The notes beneath the pieces are model-generated. The model was not told the DNA's origin, ran no database searches, and saw nothing but the letters and a program-made list of their open reading frames with translations. Source: Clostridia bacterium (GTDB taxonomy: Bacteria; Bacillota; Clostridia; Oscillospirales; CAG-272). From it: a stretch of DNA of 64,000 bases. Every line of letters begins with the position of its first letter. The first letter of the stretch is position 1. Location of the stretch: positions 8,405 to 72,404 of the forward strand of contig JAFSSP010000002.1 in NCBI GenBank assembly GCA_017450945.1, read 5' to 3'. This document shows positions 24,344 to 31,651 of the stretch, piece by piece. The position numbers were made by a program, and so were the translations under genes.

Positions 24344-26278
24344 TCAGCTTTTCTTTTGCTCCCGGATGTAGTCGGCGATCTGTCCTATGGTGCAAAGATT
24401 CAACCCGCCCGAGACCGGGAAGGGTACCGAAAACTCTTTTTCGATCCGCACGGCCAAAGAAAAGTAATCGAGGCTTGTGCCTTCCCCGTCCGAGAAAAAG
24501 TGGTAATCCTCTCCCATGGTATCAACCGGACGGCCGAGCGCCTCCGAAAAGAGGAGCGCCACGCGCCGGGATAGCTCGTCGCCAAGTTCAGAGGTCGCGC
24601 TCCCAAAGGTCAGTTCGGGATATGCGCCTTCTTGGTAGCGTTTTGCGATGCGCCTGCGGTTGAGCTTGATCTCGTCACCAAAAAGCAGGTCTTTCGAGGT
24701 CAGACAGATCTTCCTGATCTGCCCGGTCAGCTGCAATTCGTCCAGCTTTTTTTGCAGAGCGGCGCGCAGGCCGTCGGCAGTCTCTTGATTGATCCTGCGG
24801 TCGACCGAGGCAATGAGAAGAGGCTCGACCCGACTCTCTTTTTTGATGCCGACAAGGCAAATACTCTGCAAGTGCTCGATCTTTGAGAACGCGGCCTCGA
24901 TGATCGTGGGGTTGAGATTTTCCCCGGCCTCTGAGACGACCAGATCGTCGGACCTGCCGAGGATGAAATATCTCCCCCGCTCCTGCTTTGCAAGATCCTT
25001 TGATAAAAACCAGCCGTTCTTTTCGATGCGGCGGTCTCCTTCCAGAACATACTTTGCCGCGGCCGTGGACTTGATGAGAAGCTGACCGCCTTCGTCGACC
25101 GAATACTGCGCCGAGGGGAGCGGTTTTCCGACCGAGCCGCCGTCAAGGATCCTTTTGTCATCCGAAAGCTCCACCGAGGTGATCCCCACCTCGGTCATGC
25201 CGTAACCGTTGGAAAGATGGTAGCCGATCGCGTTGAAGAATTCCAGAACCTCACCGTGGATCTCACTGCCGCCGGTGATCATATAGCTTATGCTTTCGCC
25301 AAAGAGTTTTTCACGCACCTCTTTATAGGCCAGGCGCGAGAACAGCCGCTCGATCGCCGGGAATTTTTGCAGTTTGCGCGAGAGCTCCATGCCCTTTTGA
25401 AACTTCTTTGCAGTCTCTTCCTTGGCTCCGATGGTCTTCATCGCCTCGGCATAGACCCGGTTCCAGAACAGCGGCACGGCAAACAGGTGGGTGACCTTGT
25501 GGCGGCGGATGGTGGAAAGAATGGTATCGGGCGAAAGATCTTTGAGCTCCACCAGCGTGCGCGAGAAAAAGGTGAACCAGGCGTAAAGTGCCACAAACCC
25601 AAAGATGTGATAGAAAGGCAGAAAGGCGAGCAGCTTAAGCTCTCCTTCATAGTGCCGTTTGATCAGTTTGGACTCGGCAAGGATCTCTCTGGTATCAAGG
25701 ATCTGGCAGGCCAACTCTTTTGCCGAGTAAGCGCAGATCTTGACCGTCTCGGACGTGCCGGAAGACATAAAATAAAACTCCTCGCCGAAAGGGGCGTTTT
25801 GGGGAAGCGCGGCGTCGGAGGGTTTCATCTCGTCCGTCCGGATGGTGCGGATCGAAAATTCTTCTCCACCCGAGATCACGGCAACCGCCTTCATGCGGGC
25901 AAGCGCGTCCTCCAGGATCTCTTTTCCGAGGCGCGCGTTCAAAAGCAGTGGGCAAAAGCCTGCTCTGAGGATCGCCCAATAGCACTCGATCCAGGCAAGG
26001 CCGTTTTCAAGAAAGAGGCCTACCGCACTGCCGGTCGGCGCATCCGAAAGCATCTGTTTCAGCCCCGGGGCAAGACGCTCGATCTCATCCTTGCATTCCC
26101 CGTAGGTCGTTTTCTTGATGCGATAGCCCTCGCTGCTCTCAAATAAAATATTCTCCCGCTCGGAAAACATGAGTTCATAGAGCGCAGAGAAGGATCTATC
26201 TGTTTGTTCCAACCTGCCGAGCTTCCAGGAAACATACTGATCGATGCTTCTGAAGCCGGCCAAATTCTGAATTTTCAT
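24344..26278 (-). CDS. Acyl-AMP ligase fused to a C-terminal carrier (PP-binding-like) domain
   Basis: ATG at 26278. SSGTSETVK, GYGMTE and GWFLSKDLAKQERGRYFILGRSDDLVV motifs. C-terminus DGEGTSLDYFSLAVRIEKEF resembles a carrier Ser motif. Confidence 0.8.
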   Translation of the reverse strand: MKIQNLAGFRSIDQYVSWKLGRLEQTDRSFSALYELMFSERENILFESSEGYRIKKTTYGECKDEIERLAPGLKQMLSDAPTGSAVGLFLENGLAWIECYWAILRAGFCPLLLNARLGKEILEDALARMKAVAVISGGEEFSIRTIRTDEMKPSDAALPQNAPFGEEFYFMSSGTSETVKICAYSAKELACQILDTREILAESKLIKRHYEGELKLLAFLPFYHIFGFVALYAWFTFFSRTLVELKDLSPDTILSTIRRHKVTHLFAVPLFWNRVYAEAMKTIGAKEETAKKFQKGMELSRKLQKFPAIERLFSRLAYKEVREKLFGESISYMITGGSEIHGEVLEFFNAIGYHLSNGYGMTEVGITSVELSDDKRILDGGSVGKPLPSAQYSVDEGGQLLIKSTAAAKYVLEGDRRIEKNGWFLSKDLAKQERGRYFILGRSDDLVVSEAGENLNPTIIEAAFSKIEHLQSICLVGIKKESRVEPLLIASVDRRINQETADGLRAALQKKLDELQLTGQIRKICLTSKDLLFGDEIKLNRRRIAKRYQEGAYPELTFGSATSELGDELSRRVALLFSEALGRPVDTMGEDYHFFSDGEGTSLDYFSLAVRIEKEFSVPFPVSGGLNLCTIGQIADYIREQKKS

Positions 26279-26348
26279 AAACACCTCAAACTCGGCCGAA
26301 AGAAGGGCTTTCGATCGAAAAGATGCGAATTTTGAAATATATAGTAGT

Positions 26349-26377
26349 ATTATAACATAACTATAGTCTGCTGTCAA
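26349..26377 (-). promoter_or_regulatory. Promoter of the 11-gene lipid operon (TTGACA-17-TATAAT)
   Basis: Minus strand reads TTGACAgcagactatagttatgtTATAAT, about 64 nt upstream of ATG 26278. Confidence 0.7.
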
Positions 26378-26483
26378 CCATAATTTGCGTTCCGCGCCCT
26401 CCATTTTTTCCCTTGCAAGGAGTCGGCGCAATTCTTTGATCCCGCTTCTCCTGTAAACAATTTATGAACTTTTTTCCCGCTTC

Positions 26484-26512
26484 TTGACATCCTCTGAAAA
26501 CCGTTTTATAAT
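26484..26512 (+). promoter_or_regulatory. Promoter of the abrB-like/ABC operon (TTGACA-17-TATAAT)
   Basis: TTGACAtcctctgaaaaccgtttTATAAT. Confidence 0.7.
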
Positions 26513-26549
26513 TTTGTAAGAAAAGTAAGAAATGTAAGGAGGATAAAGA

Positions 26550-26759
26550 ATGAAAGAACAAACGGAAGACCGCTTTATCGTCAGCGTCAAAGTCGGTCCA
26601 AAAGGGCAAATCACCATTCCCGCCGAGGCGCGGAAAATGTTTGATATCAAAGAGGGGGACACCCTCATGGTAATGGGCGACCGGGCGCGCGGCATTGCGC
26701 TGGTCAAGTCCGACGCGTTTTATTCTTTGATGGGAGGTGCATTCCATGTCGATCATTAA
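26550..26759 (+). CDS. AbrB/MazE/SpoVT-family DNA-binding protein
   Basis: VKVGPKGQITIPAEARKMFDIKEGDTLMV is a swapped-hairpin SpoVT-AbrB motif. RBS AAGGAGG. Confidence 0.8.
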   Translation: MKEQTEDRFIVSVKVGPKGQITIPAEARKMFDIKEGDTLMVMGDRARGIALVKSDAFYSLMGGAFHVDH

Positions 26760-27483
26760 AACCGAAAAACTGCGCAAGGTTTACAAGGACGTCGTGGCGC
26801 TCGAAGGGCTTGATCTTGCCATCGAGGAGGGCGAGCTCTTCTCGCTTCTCGGAGTCAACGGCGCCGGAAAAACCACAACGCTCAAAATGCTGACCGGTCT
26901 TACAAAGCCGACCGGCGGCGACGCGATCCTTTGCGGGCACTCGATTCTGACCGAATCCGATCGTCTCCGCGGCCTTGTCGATATCTCGATGCAGGAGACC
27001 GCCGTTGCGCGCAAGCTGACCGTGGAAGAGAACATCGCCTTTTACGCCGAGCTCTGCGGACAAACAAAAAAAGAGCAGGCCGAAACGGTCGCCTCGCTCT
27101 CCAAAACCTTTGGATTTGAAAAAGTCCTCAACAAACAGGCGCAAAAGCTCTCGGGCGGCTGGCAGAGAAAGCTCTCGATCGCCCTCGCGCTCGTCTCCAA
27201 CCCGAAAATCCTTTTCCTCGACGAGCCGACGCTCGGCCTTGACGTGCTGGCCCGTCGCGAGCTCTGGAACACCATTTCCTCGCTCAAAGGGAAAATGACC
27301 ATCATTCTGACCACGCACTACATGGAAGAGGCCGAGGCCCTCTCGGATCGCATCGGCGTTCTCAAAGACGGCCGTCTCCTGTTTGTCGGCAAAAAGGAAG
27401 AACTGTTTGCGCTGACCGACAAAAATTCGGTGGAAGAAGCCTTTATTGAACTGGTTTCCGGGAAAGGAGGACAGCCCGCATGA
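26746..27483 (+). CDS. ABC transporter ATP-binding protein
   Basis: GVNGAGKTT Walker A, LSGGWQRKL signature, ILFLDEPT Walker B. ATG at 26746 follows GGGAGGTG. Confidence 0.9.
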   Translation: MSIIKTEKLRKVYKDVVALEGLDLAIEEGELFSLLGVNGAGKTTTLKMLTGLTKPTGGDAILCGHSILTESDRLRGLVDISMQETAVARKLTVEENIAFYAELCGQTKKEQAETVASLSKTFGFEKVLNKQAQKLSGGWQRKLSIALALVSNPKILFLDEPTLGLDVLARRELWNTISSLKGKMTIILTTHYMEEAEALSDRIGVLKDGRLLFVGKKEELFALTDKNSVEEAFIELVSGKGGQPA

Positions 27484-28232
27484 AACAATCGCTTGCAAGG
27501 ATCCGCGCCCTGACCGGCCGGAATATAAAAGAACTTCTTCGCGATCCGCTCTCGCTCGTCTTCCTGATCCTCATGCCGCTCGGCATGGAGATCCTGTTTT
27601 ACTTTTTGTTCAGCAAACTGACCTCGCAGTTCCAGATGAAGTATCTCGCGCCCGGTATCGTGGTCTTCTCGCAATCCTTCCTCACGCTCTTCTCTGGCCT
27701 TATGATCGCCGTCGACCGCTCGAGCGCCTTTTTGACCCGGCTTTACGTTTCCAGCGCAAAGCCGCATGAGTTCATTTTTGGCTATGCCTTCTCTCTTTTG
27801 CCGATCTCGCTCGCCCAGTCGATCCTCTTCTTTGTCGTCGGCGGCATCATCGATCCCTCGCTCTTCTCGGCCCGCATGATCGCAGCCGTGGCAGTCTCGC
27901 TGATCCCGGCGGTCTTCTTTATCGGCAGCGGGATCTTATTCGGCTCGCTCTGCACCGAAAAATCGATCGGAGGAGTTGCCTCGATCCTCATCGCCGGACA
28001 GTCGATGCTCAGCGGCATGTGGTATCCCATCGACGGACTCGGAAAAGGAATGCTCACGCTGATGAACGTCCTGCCCTTCCGCCCCGCAACCCTGCTCGTG
28101 CAAAATCTTTTGGGCGGCGTTGCCTCGCCCTTTGACGATTTTGTAAAACCGCTCCTCATCGTCCTTGCCTATACCGTCGCCATCTTCACCGCCGCCATCT
28201 TCGCCTTCGGCAGTAAGATGAAGGCGAAATAA
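27480..28232 (+). CDS. ABC-2 type exporter permease
   Basis: 250-aa polytopic protein. ATGA overlap with the ATPase gene. Confidence 0.8.
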   Translation: MKQSLARIRALTGRNIKELLRDPLSLVFLILMPLGMEILFYFLFSKLTSQFQMKYLAPGIVVFSQSFLTLFSGLMIAVDRSSAFLTRLYVSSAKPHEFIFGYAFSLLPISLAQSILFFVVGGIIDPSLFSARMIAAVAVSLIPAVFFIGSGILFGSLCTEKSIGGVASILIAGQSMLSGMWYPIDGLGKGMLTLMNVLPFRPATLLVQNLLGGVASPFDDFVKPLLIVLAYTVAIFTAAIFAFGSKMKAK

Positions 28233-28244
28233 TGGGGAAGTTTT

Positions 28245-28404
28245 GCGGGGGTGCCTTTTTGAAAAAAGCGCACCCCCGCACCCCCTTGAAAAACTGCAAA
28301 CAATAGCAAAAACGCTCGCCGGAACGATCGGCGAGCGTTCTATTTTTTGGTTAAAGTTTTTGAAAAGGGTGCGGGAGAAACTTTTTTCAAAAAGTTTCTC
28401 CCGC
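28245..28404. repeat. MITE-like palindromic element, short form (about 50-bp inverted ends around a terminator-like hairpin)
   Basis: Left end GCGGGGGTGCC..GCACCCCCGCACCCCCTTGAAAAACT. Right end is its inverted counterpart AGTTTTTGAAAAGGGTGCGGGAGAAAC..GTTTCTCCCGC. Centre is AACGCTCGCCG-gaacgat-CGGCGAGCGTT. Confidence 0.85.
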
Positions 28405-28423
28405 AATCATTTCCCTTTTCCCC

Positions 28424-29851
28424 TTACTTACACTTTCCTACCAGCAGTTCGCTGCCTTTGCCTTTTTTGGTGATTTCATTCGGGGCAAGTCCGAATTCCT
28501 TTGCCAAAAGCTCCATGACGAGCGGTTGGCAGAAGCCCCCTTGGCAGCGACCCATGCCGGCTCTGACGCGGCGTTTGACACCGTCAACGTCGGTTGCCTT
28601 GGGGTTTTCGCGCATAGCGCGCAGGATCTCGCCCTCGGTGACCATCTCGCAGCGGCAGATCATGCGGCCGTAAGCGGGCTCTTTTTGGATAAGGGCGTTT
28701 TTCTCCTCAAACGAGAGATTCTTGAAGAAGTAATCGGGCGTGCGGATCGGATTGAAGGTCGGATTTTTCTCAAGCGCAAAGTATTTTGCAACCAGCTCTT
28801 CGACCACAAATTTTGCGATGGCGGGAGCCGAGGTCAGCCCCGGGGATTCGATGCCCGCGCAGTGGAAAAAGCCCTTTGCGGCTTTGCTCTCTTCGAGGAT
28901 AAAATCGTGGCGATCGCAGTAGGCGCGCACGCCGGTAAAGCCGGTGACTTTGGTGCCTAAGGGGAGATTTTCGCACATCTCCTGCGCCTTTTTGAGAATG
29001 GCGGCCTGCCCAACTGCGGTCGTGGCGCGGTCGTCCTCTTCGACCTCCTCGGCGGTGGGGCCGAGCAGGATGTTATTGTCCACCGTTCTGGAAACGAGGA
29101 TTCCCTTGCCCTTTGCGGTCGGGGTAAAGAAAAGCGTGTTGTGGACGAACTCCGGGTCGTGGTCGAGCAGAATATACTCGCCCTTGCGCCCGCCGATGGT
29201 AAAGGAGTTGTCTCCCACAAGGTTTGCGATTTTCTGCGAGCCGAGCCCCGCGCAGTTGATGATCGCCTTTGCTTCCACGACCTGTCCGTCCTCGGCGAAG
29301 ATGCGGTAGGAAGGATACCCCCCCTCGATCTTTGTCACGGCAAAATTGCAGAACAGATCGGCTCCGTTGTCCATGGCGTTGCCGATGGCGGCAATGGTCA
29401 GCTCATAGGGGCAAACGATGCCGCCGGTTTTGGCGTGGAGCGCGCCGAGCGCGTTCTTTGAAATGTTGGGTTCAAGCTCACGAAGGCGCTCGCGGTCGAT
29501 GATCTCAAGCCCTTCGACGCCGTTTTGTTCGCCTCGTTGTTTGAGTATTTCAAGCGTCGCCAGCTCTTCATCCGAAAAAGCGACGACCAGCGAGCCGTTG
29601 TTCTCATATTTGACGCCGAGCTCGCGCGTGACTTCGGGCATCATTTTGGAACCGAGCAGGTTGAATTTTGCCTTGAGCGAACCTGCCGCCGCGTCAAAGC
29701 CGGCGTGGGCGATGCCGCTGTTGGCCTTGCTTTGCCCCATGGCCACATCGTTTTCCTTTTCGAGCAAGCAAACCTTCAGTTGATATTTGGAAAGTTCGCG
29801 TAAAATCATTCCGCCGACGACTCCGCCGCCGATGACCGCAAGATCGTACAT
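28424..29851 (-). CDS. FAD-dependent oxidoreductase with BFD-like [2Fe-2S] domain (anaerobic glycerol-3-phosphate dehydrogenase-like)
   Basis: MYDLAVIGGGVVGG dinucleotide fold. ICRCEMVTEGE..GMGRCQGGFC cysteine motifs. Confidence 0.7.
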   Translation of the reverse strand: MYDLAVIGGGVVGGMILRELSKYQLKVCLLEKENDVAMGQSKANSGIAHAGFDAAAGSLKAKFNLLGSKMMPEVTRELGVKYENNGSLVVAFSDEELATLEILKQRGEQNGVEGLEIIDRERLRELEPNISKNALGALHAKTGGIVCPYELTIAAIGNAMDNGADLFCNFAVTKIEGGYPSYRIFAEDGQVVEAKAIINCAGLGSQKIANLVGDNSFTIGGRKGEYILLDHDPEFVHNTLFFTPTAKGKGILVSRTVDNNILLGPTAEEVEEDDRATTAVGQAAILKKAQEMCENLPLGTKVTGFTGVRAYCDRHDFILEESKAAKGFFHCAGIESPGLTSAPAIAKFVVEELVAKYFALEKNPTFNPIRTPDYFFKNLSFEEKNALIQKEPAYGRMICRCEMVTEGEILRAMRENPKATDVDGVKRRVRAGMGRCQGGFCQPLVMELLAKEFGLAPNEITKKGKGSELLVGKCK

Positions 29852-29972
29852 AAAAGCGCTCCTTTTTATCAGTCTTCGAGTTTATTTTATCACGCTTTTG
29901 GGTCAAATGCAATCGTTTGCCGCAAAAAGGAGAAGTTTTTTTCAAAAATGGCAACTCTTCACAATAACTTTG

Positions 29973-30001
29973 TTGACAGGACATCCTACTTTTGGTATAA
30001 T
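29973..30001 (+). promoter_or_regulatory. Promoter of GH36-like/GT operon (TTGACA-17-TATAAT)
   Basis: TTGACAggacatcctacttttggTATAAT. Confidence 0.7.
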
Positions 30002-30034
30002 GAATAAAAAGAATTCTATAAAAAGGGGATCAAA

Positions 30035-31651
30035 ATGACCATCATTTATGAGATCGGCGGTGTGCTATGCAACAGTGACCTGCAGGAGAATGAAGATTTT
30101 CTTTTGACGATCAAAGAGGAAAACGGCATCTTTGAAGCTTTGATCACGGCAAAGCGCGAAATGACTTTGCGCTATGCCGAGCGTTCAGTCCCCCACAAAT
30201 TCGGAAAAAAGGATCTCATCTTTGCCAACGGCTACCAGTCCTGGACCGAGACAAAAGAGTTTGCCAAGGGCGAAGGGCTCAACGACCTCTCAAAGGTGCC
30301 GAAGTTCCTTGAGAAAAAATTTGCCTTTTTGTCTTACGGCTCGCAGTATTTTGTCAAGCAACCCAAGGGAACGCTCATCGGCTTTGACCTTGCCTACGTC
30401 CGTGGGGAGAACGAGATCTTATTCGGCAACCGCAACTACCGCGCGGCCTATCTTCTCATTCGTCCCGAGCAAAAGGAGAACCGCATTCTCCTGCAAAGCG
30501 ACCTTTGGGGACGCCATCTTGCCGCGGGCGAGAGCTTTCCTGTTTTCCGTTATCTGACGCGGCAAAACGTGGAGGAAGGGCTGAAAGAATACTTCTCGAC
30601 CATGACGCCGCGCACAACCGAAAAGCACTTTGGATACACCTCCTGGTACAACCACTACCAGAACATCAACGAGCCGCTCATGAACGAGGTGCTCAACGGT
30701 CTTGACAACCGCTTTGATCTTTTCCAGATCGACGACGGCTTTGAGCCCTTTGTCGGAGACTGGATGCAGACCGACACAAAAAAATTTCCGAACGGACTTT
30801 CCCCCATTGTGGAAAAGATCCACAAAAAAGGCATGCTCGCCGGCATCTGGCTGGCTCCCTTTGCGGCCGAAAAGGCTTCGGCCCTCTACAAAGAGCATCC
30901 CGAATATCTGGCAAAAGGCCCGGACGGAAAACCAATCCTTGCCGGCGGAAACTGGAGCGGCTTTTCTCCGCTCGATCTCAACTGCCCGCAGGCGGTCGAT
31001 CACATCCGCTGGGTACTCCGCCACTATGTGGAGCTCGGATTTGATTTCTTCAAGCTCGATTTTCTCTACGCCGCAAACCTTTTGCCGCTGAACGGCAAAA
31101 CGAGGGCCGAGACCGCCGAGTTTGCCTACTCGCTGCTTCGCGAAGAGCTGGGCGACCGCCTCATCCTGGGTTGCGGAGCCACGCTCTCAAACGGTTTTGA
31201 ACGCTTTGACTATATGCGCATCGGCCCGGACGTCTCGCTCAAATTCGACGACGTCGCCTACATGCGCAAATTCCACCCCGAGCGCATTTCGACCAAGGTC
31301 ACGCTCTGCAACACGATCTTCCGCAGTCCGATGAACCGACACGCCTTTGGCAACGATCCCGACGTGTTCCTCCTCCGCGAGGAAGGGCTCTCGCTCTCGG
31401 CCGATCAGCGCTACGCGCTCTCGGTCATCAACGCCCTGTTCGGCTCGCTCCTTATGACCTCCGACAATCCGGGGATCTACAACGAAGAGCAAAACAAGAT
31501 CCTTTCCAAAATCCTTGAGATCTCCAAGACCGGCGAGGTGGATGGCTACGAGCGCAAAGGCAATCAGATCCATGTTCGCTACACCCTCGGCGGGGCTCCG
31601 CGCTCGCTCGTTTATCACATCAAAAAAGGAGTGATTTTACGTGAAAGATAA
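30035..31651 (+). CDS. GH36-like alpha-galactosidase family protein
   Basis: FQIDDGFEPFVGDW and FFKLDFLY resemble the melibiase catalytic regions. Confidence 0.6.
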   Translation: MTIIYEIGGVLCNSDLQENEDFLLTIKEENGIFEALITAKREMTLRYAERSVPHKFGKKDLIFANGYQSWTETKEFAKGEGLNDLSKVPKFLEKKFAFLSYGSQYFVKQPKGTLIGFDLAYVRGENEILFGNRNYRAAYLLIRPEQKENRILLQSDLWGRHLAAGESFPVFRYLTRQNVEEGLKEYFSTMTPRTTEKHFGYTSWYNHYQNINEPLMNEVLNGLDNRFDLFQIDDGFEPFVGDWMQTDTKKFPNGLSPIVEKIHKKGMLAGIWLAPFAAEKASALYKEHPEYLAKGPDGKPILAGGNWSGFSPLDLNCPQAVDHIRWVLRHYVELGFDFFKLDFLYAANLLPLNGKTRAETAEFAYSLLREELGDRLILGCGATLSNGFERFDYMRIGPDVSLKFDDVAYMRKFHPERISTKVTLCNTIFRSPMNRHAFGNDPDVFLLREEGLSLSADQRYALSVINALFGSLLMTSDNPGIYNEEQNKILSKILEISKTGEVDGYERKGNQIHVRYTLGGAPRSLVYHIKKGVILRER

